A stretch of 50,878 nucleotides of DNA, taken from Deltaproteobacteria bacterium (GTDB lineage Bacteria; Desulfobacterota; Binatia; UBA9968; JAJDTQ01). Made by a program: the position numbers and the translations under genes. The notes beneath the pieces are model-generated. The model was not told the DNA's origin and did not search any database. It saw only the letters and a program-made list of their open reading frames with translations. Positions within the stretch are counted from its first letter, which is position 1. The number at the start of each line of letters is the position of its first letter. The stretch is taken from positions 1-50,878 of the forward strand of contig JAPPHF010000041.1 in the NCBI GenBank assembly GCA_028821115.1. The letters run 5' to 3'. Below are positions 21,611 through 33,674 of the stretch, piece after piece.

Positions 21611-22721
21611 ATGTTTGACGAAACACGCGAACAACTGACGCAGCTCGAAGACAAGCTCGGCCAGCTACGGAGGCGTCTTTGACGTCGACGGCAAGCAGAA
21701 GCGCATCGACGAGCTGGTAGCCCTCACCGCCAAGCCCGACTTCTGGAACGACGCCGACAAGGCCCAGGAAATCCTCAAGGAACAGTCCCTGCTCCGGGAG
21801 GCCGTGGACGACTACGGCAAGTGCCACTCCGACATCGAGGAGGCGCGCTTCTTTCTGGATCTGGCCGAGGAAGAGAACGACGCCGAGGCCCTGGAAGAGA
21901 CGGAAACGCGTCTACGGGAAGTCACCGACAACGTGGCGGACATGGAGCTTCGCCAGCTCCTGGGCGGAGCCGACGACCGCCGGGACGCCATCGTCACGCT
22001 CCATCCCGGCGCCGGCGGGACGGAGTCCCAGGACTGGGCCGAGATGCTGCTGCGCATGTACCTGCGCTGGGGCGACCGGCACGGCTACAAGACCGAGATC
22101 ATGGAGTATCAGCCCGGCGAGGAGGCGGGCCTCAAGCGGGTCACCTTCACCGTCGCCGGCGACTACGCCTACGGCTACCTGAAGTGCGAGGCCGGCATCC
22201 ACCGGCTGGTGCGCATCTCTCCGTTCGACGCAAACTCCCGGCGCCACACTTCCTTCGCCTCGGTCTTCGTCTACCCCGAGATCGACGACAACATCGACGT
22301 GGAGGTCAACGAGTCCGACCTGCGCATCGACACCTACCGTGCCAGCGGCGCCGGCGGCCAGCACGTCAACAAGACCGATTCCGCCGTGCGCATCACCCAT
22401 CTGCCCACCAACATCGTGGTGGCGTGCCAGAACGAGCGCTCACAGCACAAGAACAAGGCCATGGCCATGCGCATCCTGCGCTCCCGGCTCTACGAACTCG
22501 AGCTGGAGAAGCAGCGCGAGATGATGGACAGCTACGCCAAGGCCAAGAAGGACATCGCCTGGGGCAGCCAGATCCGCTCCTACGTCCTCCATCCCTATCG
22601 CATGGTCAAGGACCACCGCACCAACGTCGAGATCGGCAACGCCGACGCCGTCCTCGACGGCGACATCGACCGCTTCATCCAGAGTTGTCTGATGGAGGGG
22701 GGCGATCAGGCTGTTCCGTAG
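21611..22721 (+). CDS. prfB: Peptide chain release factor 2, join(21611..21679,21681..22721) via programmed +1 frameshift
   Basis: MFDETREQLTQLEDKLGQLRRRL then CTT TGA C, with internal SD GGAGG 3 nt upstream. The +1 frame continues DVDGKQKRIDEL and contains SPF and GGQ motifs. Confidence 0.97.
21669..21683 (+). promoter_or_regulatory. prfB +1 ribosomal frameshift cassette
   Basis: ggagg-cgt-ctt-tga-c, the canonical RF2 autoregulatory site. Confidence 0.95.
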
Positions 22722-22734
22722 ATACGGCGCAACC

Positions 22735-24408
22735 TTAGAAGAGACCCTCTACCTGTCCCTGGGCGTTGATGTGGATGCTCTCCGCGGCCGGCGTCCTGGG
22801 CAGGCCCGGCATGGTCATCATGTCGCCGCAAATGGCCACCACGAACTCCGCGCCCGCGGACAGGCGCAGTTCGCGCACCTGCACCTCGTGGCCCTCCGGG
22901 GCGCCCCTGAGGGCGGGGTCGGTGGAGAAACTGTACTGGGTCTTGGCCATGCACACCGGATAGTGGCCGTAGCCGCCGTCCTGTAACGCCTTGAAGCGGT
23001 TGCGCACCGCCGGCGCGGCGGTGACACCCCCGGCGTGGTAGATGCGCTTCGCCACCGTCTCGACCTTGTCCCACAGCGGCATGTCGTCGGGATACAGGGG
23101 GCGGAAGTCCGCCTCTCCCGCCTCGACAACCTCCACCACCCGGCGCGCGAGGGCTTCGATGCCGGCGCCGCCGTCGGCCCAGTGGGTGCATACCAGGGCG
23201 TGGACACCCTGTGCGGCCGCGACCTCCGTCACCGCCTGAAGCTCGGCCTCCGTGTCGGTGGGAAACCGATTCACGGCCACCACTGCCGGCACCCCGAACT
23301 GCCGCACGTTGGCGAGATGGCGCGCCAGGTTGGCGCCGCCCGCCTTGACCGCGGCCACGTTCTCGTCCCCGAGAGCCGCAACTGCCACGCCGCCGTGCAT
23401 CTTCAGCGCCCGCGCCGTGGCCACCACCACGGCGGCGTCGGGCGCGAGGCCGGCCTTGCGGCACTTGATGTCGAAGAACTTCTCGGCGCCCAGGTCCGCG
23501 CCGAAACCCGCTTCGGTCACCACGTAGTCGGCGAGCTTGAGGCCGGTGCGGGTGGCGATGACCGAATTGCACCCGTGGGCGATGTTGGCGAACGGCCCGC
23601 CGTGGATGATGGCGGGACTGTTCTCCAGGGTCTGGACCAGGTTGGGGGCGAGAGCATCCTTGAGCAGGACGGTCATGGCTCCATCCGCCTTCAGGTCGCG
23701 GGCCGTGACCCACTCCCGGGCGCGGGTCTGCCCCACCACGACGTTGCCCAGGCGGCGCTGGAGGTCCGCCAGGTCCGCGGCCAGACAGAAGATCGCCATC
23801 ACTTCCGAAGCGACGGTGATGTCGAAGCCGTCGCTGCGCGGGAACCCGTTGCCGAGCCCGCCGAGGGAACAGACGATCTCGCGCAGCGCGCGGTCGTTCA
23901 TGTCCACGACCCGCCGCCAGGAGATGCGGCGGGCATCCAGCCCCAGCGCGTTGCCCTGGTGGATGTGGTTGTCGATGAGCGCGGCCAGCAGGTTGTTGGC
24001 GGCGCCGATGGCGTGAAAGTCGCCGGTGAAGTGCAGGTTGATGTCCTCCATGGGCACCACCTGCGCGTACCCTCCACCCGCGGCCCCGCCCTTCATTCCG
24101 AAACACGGTCCGAGGCTCGGCTCACGGAGACAGACCACCGTCTCCTTGCCGATACGGTTCAGCCCGTCGGCCAGACCCACCGACGTGGTGGTCTTGCCCT
24201 CGCCGGCGGGCGTCGGCGTGACCGCGGTAACGACCACGAGCTTGCCGTTCTCGCGCTCGGAGAGGGAACCGACGTAGGAGAGATCGATCTTCGCCTTGGT
24301 GTGTCCGTAGGGCAGCAGCGCCTCCCGCGGAACTCCCAGGCGGTCGCCGATCTCCGCGATCGGCTTGAGCACCGATTTCCGTGCGATCTCGATGTCGCTC
24401 TCTGCCAT
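22735..24408 (-). CDS. fhs: Formate--tetrahydrofolate ligase
   Basis: [57 protein letters not shown]. Confidence 0.98.
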   Translation of the reverse strand: MAESDIEIARKSVLKPIAEIGDRLGVPREALLPYGHTKAKIDLSYVGSLSERENGKLVVVTAVTPTPAGEGKTTTSVGLADGLNRIGKETVVCLREPSLGPCFGMKGGAAGGGYAQVVPMEDINLHFTGDFHAIGAANNLLAALIDNHIHQGNALGLDARRISWRRVVDMNDRALREIVCSLGGLGNGFPRSDGFDITVASEVMAIFCLAADLADLQRRLGNVVVGQTRAREWVTARDLKADGAMTVLLKDALAPNLVQTLENSPAIIHGGPFANIAHGCNSVIATRTGLKLADYVVTEAGFGADLGAEKFFDIKCRKAGLAPDAAVVVATARALKMHGGVAVAALGDENVAAVKAGGANLARHLANVRQFGVPAVVAVNRFPTDTEAELQAVTEVAAAQGVHALVCTHWADGGAGIEALARRVVEVVEAGEADFRPLYPDDMPLWDKVETVAKRIYHAGGVTAAPAVRNRFKALQDGGYGHYPVCMAKTQYSFSTDPALRGAPEGHEVQVRELRLSAGAEFVVAICGDMMTMPGLPRTPAAESIHINAQGQVEGLF

Positions 24409-24443
24409 GACCCCTCCCCCGGCTTCCGGGTCCCGGCTCAGCT

Positions 24444-24983
24444 TCAGTGCCGGTAGCCTCGGAGCCGATCGTAACGCTCGATCTGCGCGGCGGTGAGTTC
24501 GCGGGTGCTGTCGATGTGTGCGAGCAGGTGAATGGCCTGGAGTTGTCCGCGCATGATTCCGAGATGCTCGCTCATACGGGTCGTTTCCGCCGCGGTGGGC
24601 CGTCCGGTGGCAAACAGGTTCGCAAGGTGCAACTCCGCCTGGAGTATGGCCTCGCCCTTGGCGATGGCCCTAGTCTTCATTTTCGCGTGAATCGCCTCGA
24701 TGCGCGCGATCTGTTCCCGGGTGAGATCGAGGTCGGCCTTGAGATCGAGAAGGTGCCGCGGCCCGGGGAAACTGTTCAACTCGGCCGGTCGAGCGAGGCC
24801 CATGCCGTCGCCGTTCCGCAACTCGCGCACCTCGTCGGGTGTGAGGGTTGCAAACTCGGCGCTCTGGCTATGCGCATAAGGGGACATCGTGTGACCATGC
24901 TGCGCCAACGCCCAGGTCGCTGTGAGGGCGAAGAGGCTGATACAGCCAAACAATCCAAACGTCATTGTCGTAGTGGTGTTCAT
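24444..24983 (-). CDS. Periplasmic Spy/CpxP-like (heavy-metal-binding) protein
   Basis: Signal peptide ending ALA; [40 protein letters not shown]. Start behind GGAG. Confidence 0.7.
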   Translation of the reverse strand: MNTTTTMTFGLFGCISLFALTATWALAQHGHTMSPYAHSQSAEFATLTPDEVRELRNGDGMGLARPAELNSFPGPRHLLDLKADLDLTREQIARIEAIHAKMKTRAIAKGEAILQAELHLANLFATGRPTAAETTRMSEHLGIMRGQLQAIHLLAHIDSTRELTAAQIERYDRLRGYRH

Positions 24984-25257
24984 CGTCGAGACTCCGTGGC
25001 TGCGCCTGCGCTTCCACGCCGCCACTCATGGGCAGCGAACCCAGGGACACGGTCGGGGTTGGTCAACCAACGATCAAGCATGGCGTTGATAGTGGGGAGA
25101 GCGGCGCGGTGATCCCCGTCGTTCACGGGAACAACGTCTCTGTGCAGGGTCTCGTCGCTCACGCGCCGCCGGGGCCGGCAGTTTGGGATCGTGAACCAAA
25201 CAACCGGCCGAGCGGCGCGTGAGGCGATCCGGACGCCTGAGTAACGGCGGGTTTCGA

Positions 25258-25872
25258 TTAGTGCAACGGCGAGAAGGACGCCGGCACGACGATGGAGTTC
25301 TCCTGGTGGAGCAGCATCTCGCGGGTGGCGGGCGGCCAGTTGGGGAGCTTCATGGCTTCGGCGCGGAGCCGGGACCGCTCGCCCATGTCCTTGTAGGGCC
25401 AGATGTGGACCCACTGGTTCAGCGAGCCGTAGGTGGTGAACCAACCGGCGGCCAGGGGCGAGATCTTGACCCGGTCCTCGATGCAATCCTGCCAGCGTTC
25501 GATCAGGGTCGGGATGCTGCCCGGGTGGACCGTGTAGGTGCGGATCTCGTAGATGTTGCCCATCTCGCGAGGCTCCAGCGGCGGAGAGAAGGGTGCGGCC
25601 TGGAAGATCTTACTCTCCTGGGTCACCATGAACTCGCGTACCTTGGGAGGCCAGTGGCCCGTGGCCCGGGCTTCGGCGCCGATGCGGTCCTTCTCCTCGA
25701 AGCTGTCGTAGGGCCAGATGTGGATGACCTGGTTCAGCGGTCCTACCTCCGAATGAAAGAACGCCCCCAGCGGGGAAATCTTGGCGCGGTGCTCCAGCCC
25801 TTCCTCGAAAGCCTTCTCGAAGTCCGGCGTCTTGCCGGGCTTGAGCGTGTAGGTTCTCATCTCGATGATCAT
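25258..25872 (-). CDS. NIPSNAP family protein (two tandem domains)
   Basis: EMRTYTLKPG...HIWPYDSFEE and EIRTYTVHPG...HIWPYKDMGER; AGGAGG RBS. Confidence 0.92.
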   Translation of the reverse strand: MIIEMRTYTLKPGKTPDFEKAFEEGLEHRAKISPLGAFFHSEVGPLNQVIHIWPYDSFEEKDRIGAEARATGHWPPKVREFMVTQESKIFQAAPFSPPLEPREMGNIYEIRTYTVHPGSIPTLIERWQDCIEDRVKISPLAAGWFTTYGSLNQWVHIWPYKDMGERSRLRAEAMKLPNWPPATREMLLHQENSIVVPASFSPLH

Positions 25873-26034
25873 GTGTTTCCTCCTGAGATCTGCCAGTCAA
25901 GTCTGCCCCCTTTCTTTCCGTTTTGGCGGGCAAATGCAAGCCCCGGCGATGCTGTAGAAATGCGGGACGCGGGGAGCGGTTTGGCGGGACGGCGCAGCAG
26001 GGACGCTGTGCCGGTGGGTGAGGAACAGTATGCG

Positions 26035-26166
26035 CTATTCGTCGGTTTCGGTGCGGGGAGCAGACTCTCCGCGACGTGTGAGAATGCCCTCTATGCGGCC
26101 CACGCGCCAGTTGAACAATCCGAGCGCCACCCCTACGCCAAGGATCGCAATCATCTCGTTGCTCAT
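26035..26166 (-). CDS. 43-aa single-pass membrane microprotein (absent from the ORF track)
   Basis: MSNEMIAILGVGVALGLFNWRVGRIEGILTRRGESAPRTETDE*; AAGGGA RBS upstream; one hydrophobic helix followed by RIEGIL. Confidence 0.6.
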   Translation of the reverse strand: MSNEMIAILGVGVALGLFNWRVGRIEGILTRRGESAPRTETDE

Positions 26167-26242
26167 GTTCCGTCCCTTCGCAGCGCCAAGTCTAACCCAA
26201 CGCGCGGCGGCGAGTTTGCCGCTTCTGGCGGCCTGTCTCGCC

Positions 26243-29200
26243 TTATCCTGCGCCGTTGGCCTCGAGGTACTCCCGCAACGCTCGCGCCGTGTAGGACCGC
26301 CTGCCGTCCCCGGCGACCTGTGACGGCGGGCCTGAGGCGACCACGCGGCCGCCCTTGTCGCCGCCTTCGGGGCCGAGGTCGACGAGGTAGTCGGCGTCCT
26401 TGATGATCTCGAGGTTGTGCTCGATGGTGATGACGGTGTTGCCGGCGTCGACGAGGCGGTGGAGGATGTCGATGAGCTTCTCGACGTCGGCGAAGTGGAG
26501 GCCGGTGGTGGGCTCGTCGAGGATGTACAGGGTCTTGCCGCGGGACTCCTTGCCTAGCTCGTAGGCAAGCTTGATGCGCTGGGCTTCGCCGCCGGACAGG
26601 GTGTTGCTGGCCTGTCCCAGCGTGATGTAGCCCATGCCGATCTCGTCGAGGAGCTTGAGCGGGCGGTAGGCTTTGGGGAAGGCGTCGAAGAACTCCACTG
26701 CCTCCTCCACGGTCATGTTCAGCACCTCGGAGATGTTCTTGCCGTTGAACCGGATCGACAGGGTCTCCTCGTTGAAGCGCTGGCCCTCGCAGACGTCGCA
26801 GTCCACGAACACGTCGGGCAGGAAGCTCATCTCCTTGCGGATCCTGCCCTGGCCGGCGCACTCGTCGCAGCGCCCGCCGCTGACGTTGAACGAGAACCGG
26901 CTCGGGGTGTAGCCGCGCATGCGCGCCTCGGGGTGCAGCGCGTAGATGCGGCGGATTTCGTCCAGGAAACCGACGTAGGAGGCGGGTACCGAGCGCGGCG
27001 TCTTGCCGATGGGGGTCTGGTCCACCTCCACGGCGCGCTCGATGGCCTCCCAGCCGGTCAGGCCCTCGTGCCGCCCCGGACGCCCCGCGTTCTGCCCCAG
27101 CCTCGCCTTGAGCCCCTTGAACAGGACCTCCTTCACCAGCGTGCTCTTGCCCGAACCGGACACGCCGGTGACGCACGTCCACTTGCCGATCGGCAGCCGC
27201 ACTTTCAGGTTCTTGAGGTTGTTCTCCCTGGCGCCGCTCACTGTCAGCCACCCGTTGCCTCTGAGCGGCCGTTCCGGCCACAGCCGCCGTCGCGAGGTGC
27301 CCAGGAACGCCCCGGTGACCGAGGCCGGATCGGCGCACACCTCGTCCGGCGTTCCCATGGCCACCACCCGGCCGCCGCGCACCCCGGCGCCGGGGCCGAG
27401 GTCCACCAGCACGTCCGCGGCCCGGATGGTGGCCTCGTCGTGCTCCACCACCAGCACGGTGTTGCCCGCCTCCACCAGCCGCCGCAAGGTGGCCAGCAGC
27501 CGGTGGTTGTCGCGGGTGTGCAGGCCGATGGTGGGCTCGTCCAGGATGTAGCAGACGCCGCGCAGGTTGGAGCCCAGTTGCGCCGCCAGGCGCACCCGCT
27601 GTGCCTCGCCGCCCGAAAGCGAGTTCGCGCGCCGGTCCAGCGTGAGGTAGCCCAGGCCCACCTCGTCCAGGAACCGCAGCTTGTGGTGGATCTCCTTCTG
27701 GGTCTTCTCCAGCACCAGCCGTTCCTTGTCCGGGCTGTCCTTGACGAGGCGCTCCTCCAGTGACGCGAAGCGGCCCAGCGCCTCCTTGACCGACAGCGCC
27801 GTCACCTGCCAGATGGCCTTGCCGGCGACGCGGACGTTGCGCGCGCGGGCATTGAGGCGCGTCCCCTGGCAGGCGCCGCAGGTGCGCTCGCTCATGAACG
27901 AGGCCAGCCAAGTGGCCAGCGGGCCGTCGCTCTTGACCTGGAGGCCGGCGAGCACGGTGAGAAGGCCGGGCACCGACGGCCGCGTGCGTCCGTTGAGCAC
28001 GGCCTCGCGCTGCTTCGGCGAAAGGGAGCCGATGGGCGCGTCGGTGGATATGCCGAGCTTGCGCTCGAGCTCTCCCTGGAGCTGGTTCAGCCGCCGCTTG
28101 AGGCCGGCGCGCCCCTCCGGGGCGTCGGCGCACAGCCGGTTCGCCACGTCGTCCAGGCTCAGCCCGAGGTCGGGGACGACGAGGTCGGCGTCGAACTCCT
28201 CGGAGGAGCCCACGCCGTGGCAGTCCGGGCATGCCCCCTGGCGGCTGTTGAAGGAGAACAGGCGGGGATCCAGGGGCTCGTAGCCGACGCCGCAGGCGCG
28301 GCAAAAGAGGCGCTCGTTGTAGACTTCCTCGGCGCCCTCGGAGAGCACGTGGATGACGCCGTTGCCCAGCCGCAGCCCCTGTCCCAGCACCGATTCCATG
28401 CTTACGCGTCCGGCCCGGGCCGTGCCTACCACTATGTCGATGTCGTGCTCGTGGAAACGTCCCAGCCCCTTCTGGAGCAGCGAGGCACTGAGGGCCGTCA
28501 CGGCGCCGTCGATACGGGCGCGGCCGTAGCCCAGCCGCCGAGCCGCCATCATCACGTCCTTGTGGTAGCCCTTGCGCCCGCGCACCACCGGGCTCAGCAC
28601 AGTGATGTCCTTGCCGCGGTACTTCCGGCCCACCCGATCCAGAATCCGGCTGCGGGTGAGCGAGGTGATGGCGCCGCCGCACTGCGGGCAGTGCTGCTTT
28701 CCCACCTTGGAGTACAGCAGGCGCAGGTAGTGGTAGATCTCGGTGACGGTGGCCACCGTGGAGTTCCGGCCCCCCTGGCTCAGGCGCTGCTCGATGGCTA
28801 CGGTGGGCGGGATGCCCGCCAGCACGTCGACGTTGGGACGGGCCATGATCTTCATGAACTGGCGCGCGTAGGCGGAGAGGCTGTCGATGTAGCGCCGCTG
28901 GCCGTCGGCGTAGATGATGTCGAAGGCCAGGGACGACTTGCCGGAGCCGCTGAGGCCGGTCACCACCACCAGCCGGTCCCGCGGGATGTCCACATCGATG
29001 CCCTTGAGATTGTGTTCCCGGGCGCCGATGACCTGGATGGCCGCCGCGCTGTTGCTTCCGTTGGAAACCTTCCCGTTCGACCCGACTCCGTTGGAAGGCG
29101 CCGTTGCGCCGGGTAGCGGGGTCGTCCTGGACAACGTCGGGCTGAACCGGGACGGGGACGGGCGCAAGTGGTCCTTCAGATAGCGTCCGGTATGGGACTG

Positions 29201-31933
29201 CTCCACCGCCGCCACTTCCGCGGGGGTGCCCGCGGCCACCACCTCGCCGCCGCCGTCGCCGCCCTCGGGTCCCAGGTCGATGATGTGGTCGGCGCACTTG
29301 ATGACCTCGGGGTTGTGTTCGATGACCATCACCGAGTGGCCCTGGTCGATGAGCTCCTGCAGCGCGGAGAGCAGCCGGCGGATGTCGTGGAAATGAAGTC
29401 CGGTGGTGGGCTCGTCGAAGATGAACAGCGTTCCGGTCTTCGTCGCTCGGACGATGTGGGAGGCCAGTTTGAGGCGTTGGGACTCGCCCCCGGAAAGGGT
29501 GGTGACGGGCTGGCCCAGACGGAGGTAGTCGAGCCCCACCCGCGCCAGCGGCCGCAACCCGCGCACGATCTCCGGCTGGTCACCGAAGAACTTCATGGCC
29601 TCGGCGATGGTGAGGCCGAGCACGTCGTGAATGCTCTTGTGACGGTAGGTGACCTCCAGGACCTTCTGGCGGTAGCGGGCGCCGCCGCATTCCGAGCAGG
29701 TGGCGTACACGTCCGAGAGGAACTGCATCTCGATCTTCTCGAACCCTTCGCCGCGGCAGGAGTCGCAGCGCCCGCCTTCCACGTTGAAGGAGAAGGTGGA
29801 GGCCGTGTAGCCCCGGAAACGCGCCAGGTCCACGCCGGCGAACAGTCGCCGGATGGGATCGAACGCCTTCATGTACGTCACCGGGTTGGAGCGGGGCGTC
29901 GTCCCCAGCGGCGACTGGTCCACGAGGATCACCTCGGGGACCCGGTCGACGCCGCGGATCTCGTCGCAGTCCGTCAGGGTGGCCAGCGGCGAGGCCTTGA
30001 GGCGGCGGATGTTCCGGGAGATGACCTCGTCCACCAGGCTCGATTTGCCCGAGCCGGACACGCCGGTGACGCACACCAGGCGGCCCAGGGGGATGCTCAC
30101 GTCGATGCCCTTGAGGTTGTTGGCGCGGGCGCCCCGTATGTCCAGGGTCCGTCCGCGTATCCGGGGCCGGTAACGGACCGGCAGCGGGATGACCTTGCGC
30201 TGGGTCAGGTAGTCCGCGGTGAGGGAGGTCTCGCTGGCCAGCAGCTCCTCGTAGGAGCCGGCGAAGACCACCTCGCCGCCGTGCTCGCCGGCACGGGGAC
30301 CGAGGTCGATGACGTGGTCGCTCTCCTTGATGATCTCCGGGTCGTGCTCCACCACCACCACGGTGTTGTTGTTGGCGCGTAGCCGGTGCAGGATCTCCAC
30401 CAGCCGGTGGCTGTCCCGCGGATGCAGGCCGATGGAGGGCTCGTCGAGCACGTAGAGCGTGTTCACCAGGGATGAGCCGATGGCGGTGGTGAGGTCCACC
30501 CGCTCGAGCTCGCCGCCGGACAGGGTGCGGGACTGACGATCGAGTGTCAGGTATTCCAGGCCCACGCCCATGAGGTAGTCGAGGCGGCGGCGGATCTCGT
30601 GGAGCACCAGCTCCGCCACCTGGTCGCGGCCGCCTTTCAGCTCCAGGTCCTGGAAGTAGGCATGGGCCTCGGCCACGCTCATGCGGTTGACGTCGGCGAT
30701 GTTCCGCCCGGCGATACGGAAGTTCAGCCCCTCCGGCTTGAGGCGGGTCCCGCCGCAGTCGGTGCAGGTCACGTAGCGGCGGTAGCGCGCCAGGAACACG
30801 CGCACGTGCATCTTGTAGCTCTTACGCTCCAGCCACTCGAACCAGCCGCGGATGCCGTAGTACTTGCCGTCGTGCCAGCTTCCTTCGCCGTCGATGATGA
30901 GCCGCCGGTGTTCCTCGTCCAGTTCGGCGAACGGTTGCTCCAGCGAGATGCCCCGGCGTTCGCAGAACTTCTTGAGCTCCCGCAGCTCCCAGCGCGCGGC
31001 CCGGGTGGTCCAGGGCTTGATGACGCCCTCGGCGATGGACTTGGAGGGATCCGGGATCACCAGGTCCAGGTCGATGTCGATGGAGCGGCCGAATCCGTGA
31101 CAGGTCTCGCACGCCCCCAGCGGGCTGTTGAAGGAGAACAGGTTGGGCTGAGGCTCGGCGTAGGACAGGTCGCAGGCGGAGCAGTGCAGGTGGTTGCTGA
31201 AGCCTTCCCGGCGCCAGCCGTCTTCCACGTCGTGAAGGTCGAGCCGTCCCTTGCCGAACTGGAAGGCCTGTTCCAGCGAGTCCGTGACCCGCTTCCGCGT
31301 GGAACGGCGGAACGCGAAACGGTCGGCCACGACGTCGACGACCTCTCCCGGCGGGCCGTCCAAAGACTCCAGATCCACCAGGGCCCGGTCCCGCAGGAGC
31401 CGGTGGAATCCGGCCTGCAACAGCCCTCCCTTGACGTCCTCCCACGGCAACGACGCTGGCACCGGCACCGGGAAGGTCAGCACCCACCGGACCCCCTCGT
31501 CCCGTTCTCCGAGCTGTCTCACGATGGACGGGGCGCTGTCCTTGACGATGACCTTGCCGCAGCCCGAGCAGTGAAGGACGCCGATCTTGGCGAACAGGAG
31601 CTTAAGGTGGTCGTACAGCTCCGTCATGGTGCCAACCGTCGACCGCGAGGTCTTCACCGGACGGGTCTGGTCGATGGCGATGGTGGGCGGGATGTTCTCG
31701 ATGGCTTCGACGTCGGGCTTCTCCATGCGGTCGAGGAACTGCCGGGCGTAGGCCGAGAAGCTCTCGACGTAGCGTCGCTGGCCCTCCGCGTAGAGGATGT
31801 CGAAGGCGACGGTGGACTTGCCCGACCCGCTGACGCCGGTCACCACCGTCAGTGCGTTGAGGGGGATCTGGAGATCGATGTCCTTGAGGTTGTTCTGCTT
31901 GGCGCCTCGGACGTGTATCGAACCCTGATCCAT
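26243..31933 (-). CDS. uvrA: Tandem (double-length) excinuclease ABC subunit UvrA
   Basis: 1896 aa; four Walker A motifs (G[V/L]SGSGKS), four LSGGE signatures, duplicated zinc fingers and FSFN motifs; two complete UvrA units joined by an S/N/G/P-rich linker. Confidence 0.95.
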   Translation of the reverse strand: MDQGSIHVRGAKQNNLKDIDLQIPLNALTVVTGVSGSGKSTVAFDILYAEGQRRYVESFSAYARQFLDRMEKPDVEAIENIPPTIAIDQTRPVKTSRSTVGTMTELYDHLKLLFAKIGVLHCSGCGKVIVKDSAPSIVRQLGERDEGVRWVLTFPVPVPASLPWEDVKGGLLQAGFHRLLRDRALVDLESLDGPPGEVVDVVADRFAFRRSTRKRVTDSLEQAFQFGKGRLDLHDVEDGWRREGFSNHLHCSACDLSYAEPQPNLFSFNSPLGACETCHGFGRSIDIDLDLVIPDPSKSIAEGVIKPWTTRAARWELRELKKFCERRGISLEQPFAELDEEHRRLIIDGEGSWHDGKYYGIRGWFEWLERKSYKMHVRVFLARYRRYVTCTDCGGTRLKPEGLNFRIAGRNIADVNRMSVAEAHAYFQDLELKGGRDQVAELVLHEIRRRLDYLMGVGLEYLTLDRQSRTLSGGELERVDLTTAIGSSLVNTLYVLDEPSIGLHPRDSHRLVEILHRLRANNNTVVVVEHDPEIIKESDHVIDLGPRAGEHGGEVVFAGSYEELLASETSLTADYLTQRKVIPLPVRYRPRIRGRTLDIRGARANNLKGIDVSIPLGRLVCVTGVSGSGKSSLVDEVISRNIRRLKASPLATLTDCDEIRGVDRVPEVILVDQSPLGTTPRSNPVTYMKAFDPIRRLFAGVDLARFRGYTASTFSFNVEGGRCDSCRGEGFEKIEMQFLSDVYATCSECGGARYRQKVLEVTYRHKSIHDVLGLTIAEAMKFFGDQPEIVRGLRPLARVGLDYLRLGQPVTTLSGGESQRLKLASHIVRATKTGTLFIFDEPTTGLHFHDIRRLLSALQELIDQGHSVMVIEHNPEVIKCADHIIDLGPEGGDGGGEVVAAGTPAEVAAVEQSHTGRYLKDHLRPSPSRFSPTLSRTTPLPGATAPSNGVGSNGKVSNGSNSAAAIQVIGAREHNLKGIDVDIPRDRLVVVTGLSGSGKSSLAFDIIYADGQRRYIDSLSAYARQFMKIMARPNVDVLAGIPPTVAIEQRLSQGGRNSTVATVTEIYHYLRLLYSKVGKQHCPQCGGAITSLTRSRILDRVGRKYRGKDITVLSPVVRGRKGYHKDVMMAARRLGYGRARIDGAVTALSASLLQKGLGRFHEHDIDIVVGTARAGRVSMESVLGQGLRLGNGVIHVLSEGAEEVYNERLFCRACGVGYEPLDPRLFSFNSRQGACPDCHGVGSSEEFDADLVVPDLGLSLDDVANRLCADAPEGRAGLKRRLNQLQGELERKLGISTDAPIGSLSPKQREAVLNGRTRPSVPGLLTVLAGLQVKSDGPLATWLASFMSERTCGACQGTRLNARARNVRVAGKAIWQVTALSVKEALGRFASLEERLVKDSPDKERLVLEKTQKEIHHKLRFLDEVGLGYLTLDRRANSLSGGEAQRVRLAAQLGSNLRGVCYILDEPTIGLHTRDNHRLLATLRRLVEAGNTVLVVEHDEATIRAADVLVDLGPGAGVRGGRVVAMGTPDEVCADPASVTGAFLGTSRRRLWPERPLRGNGWLTVSGARENNLKNLKVRLPIGKWTCVTGVSGSGKSTLVKEVLFKGLKARLGQNAGRPGRHEGLTGWEAIERAVEVDQTPIGKTPRSVPASYVGFLDEIRRIYALHPEARMRGYTPSRFSFNVSGGRCDECAGQGRIRKEMSFLPDVFVDCDVCEGQRFNEETLSIRFNGKNISEVLNMTVEEAVEFFDAFPKAYRPLKLLDEIGMGYITLGQASNTLSGGEAQRIKLAYELGKESRGKTLYILDEPTTGLHFADVEKLIDILHRLVDAGNTVITIEHNLEIIKDADYLVDLGPEGGDKGGRVVASGPPSQVAGDGRRSYTARALREYLEANGAG

Positions 31934-31946
31934 GGAATCAGGTCTG

Positions 31947-32246
31947 CTATCCGATGCCGAGCTTTTGCCGCGCTTCCTCGCTGATCCGGCTGGGGTCCCA
32001 GGGCGGATCCCACACCAGGTCCACGTTGGCGTCCTTCACCCCGGGGATCTCCATGATCAGGGATTGGGCGTTGGAGGCGATCATGCCGCCCATGCCGCAT
32101 CCCGGAGTGGTCAGGGTCATCTTGACCGCCACGGTGTCGTCCTCGACCTCCACGTCGTACACGAGACCGAGGTCGACGATGTTCACCGGAATCTCCGGGT
32201 CGTAACAGTCCTGCAGGGCCTCATAGACTTGTTCCTTGGTAACCAT
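31947..32246 (-). CDS. Metal-sulfur cluster assembly factor (SufT/DUF59/PaaD-like)
   Basis: DPEIPVNIVDLGLVY, MTLTTPGCGM, LVWDPPW; AGGAGG RBS. Confidence 0.92.
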   Translation of the reverse strand: MVTKEQVYEALQDCYDPEIPVNIVDLGLVYDVEVEDDTVAVKMTLTTPGCGMGGMIASNAQSLIMEIPGVKDANVDLVWDPPWDPSRISEEARQKLGIG

Positions 32247-32257
32247 GGCTCCTCCTG

Positions 32258-32566
32258 TCAGCTCTTTTCGCACTCGCCGCGCGGGCACAGCGAGCGCAGG
32301 TAGTCGAAGGTATAGATCCCGGTGACGTGTCCGTCGCTCCAGCGGAAACCGATGGCGTAGTTGCCCACCGGCTCGATGACGTCCAGCTCCACGTTGGGCA
32401 CCTCCACGAAGCGCTTCTCGACGGCCGCGGTGTGTCCTTGGCAGAGGGCGCAGGGGCAGTAGCCCCTGAGGTACTCCTTGGTGTACTCGCACGAGTACCC
32501 GTCGTCCCAGGTGATCCGTATGATGCCCTGGGCCTTGACGTGATTGATCTCTACCGGAACGGCCAC
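32258..32566 (-). CDS. DUF971 (gamma-butyrobetaine hydroxylase N-terminal-like) protein
   Basis: LRGYCPCALCQGH, EPVGNYAI, WSDGHVTGIYTFDYLRSL. Confidence 0.9.
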   Translation of the reverse strand: MAVPVEINHVKAQGIIRITWDDGYSCEYTKEYLRGYCPCALCQGHTAAVEKRFVEVPNVELDVIEPVGNYAIGFRWSDGHVTGIYTFDYLRSLCPRGECEKS

Positions 32567-32576
32567 GGGCGTCCGT

Positions 32577-33674
32577 TCAAGTCGTGACGATCTTCAGACC
32601 GGGCGCTCCCTCCGCCGCCTCCGACGCGACGGAGAGCTGGCCGGCCAGCCGCGCGGCCGCCTCCAGGAATGCCTTGCCCGTCGGCGAGTCGGGTTCCTGT
32701 GCCAGGATCGGCACGCCCTTGTCGCCCCACTCGCGGATCGCCGAGACCATGGGGATCTCGCCGAGAAACGGCACTCCGAAGCTGTCCGCGGCCCGCTGGG
32801 CGCCGCCCCGGGAGAATATCTCGTGCTGCTTGCCGCAGCCGTCGCAAACGAAGTAGCTCATGTTCTCCACCATCCCGACGATGGGGATGTGGACCTTGTC
32901 GAACATGGACTTGGCCCGCACCACGTCCGCCAGCGCCACGTCCTGGGGCGTCGCCACCAGCACCGCGCCGCTGCACTTGAGCTGCTGGGAGAAGGTGATC
33001 TGCACGTCTCCCGTGCCCGGCGGCATGTCCACCACCAGGTAGTCCAGCTCGCCCCAGTGCACGTCGGACATGAGCTGCTGGAGGGCTTTGCCGAGCATGG
33101 GGCCGCGCCAGATCACCGCCTGGTCACGTTCCAGGAAGAACCCGATGGACATCACCGGAACGCCGTGGGCCACCGGCGGCGCCAGCTTGTAGCCGTCGTC
33201 CACCTCTACCTTGCCGGGCTCCTCGTTGACGCCCATGAGTATCGGCACCGACGGCCCGTAGATGTCCGCGTCCAGCAGCCCCACCGAGGCGCCGTGCCTC
33301 TGGAGAGCCACCGCCAGGTTGGCCGCCACCGTGGATTTTCCCACGCCGCCCTTGCCGGACGCCACCAGAACGATGTTCTTGACGCTGGGCAGGAGGTCCG
33401 TCGTCCCGGCGCCGGCCTTGCTGCCACGCACCTGGGCGCCGAACTCGAGGGCCAGCTCCGTCACCCCCAGAGGCGCCAGCGCGCGCTCCACGTCGGCCTT
33501 GATCTGGTCCTTGAGCGGGCACGCCGGCGTGGTCAGCTCCACCGTCAGCGACACTTTGCCGCCCGCCACCGCCAGATCCTTCACCATGCCGAGGGTGACG
33601 ATATCCTTGTGCAGCTCGGGGTCCTGGACGGTTCCCAGGGCGGCGAGAACGGATTCCTGTGTGGCGCTGGACAT
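32577..33674 (-). CDS. apbC: Mrp/NBP35/ApbC iron-sulfur cluster carrier ATPase with N-terminal DUF59 domain
   Basis: VQDPELHKDIV, LTTPACPL, SGKGGVGKST, DADIYGPS, WRGPM, DMPPGTGD, ENMSYFVCDGC. Start 33674 (GAGGAG); alternative start at 33734. Confidence 0.93.
   Translation of the reverse strand: MSSATQESVLAALGTVQDPELHKDIVTLGMVKDLAVAGGKVSLTVELTTPACPLKDQIKADVERALAPLGVTELALEFGAQVRGSKAGAGTTDLLPSVKNIVLVASGKGGVGKSTVAANLAVALQRHGASVGLLDADIYGPSVPILMGVNEEPGKVEVDDGYKLAPPVAHGVPVMSIGFFLERDQAVIWRGPMLGKALQQLMSDVHWGELDYLVVDMPPGTGDVQITFSQQLKCSGAVLVATPQDVALADVVRAKSMFDKVHIPIVGMVENMSYFVCDGCGKQHEIFSRGGAQRAADSFGVPFLGEIPMVSAIREWGDKGVPILAQEPDSPTGKAFLEAAARLAGQLSVASEAAEGAPGLKIVTT

Noticed and set aside
24984-25257. 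Possible small gene between the Spy-like and NIPSNAP genes (ORF 25028-25222 and minus-strand frames)
   Set aside because: No convincing RBS, motif or codon bias in any frame.
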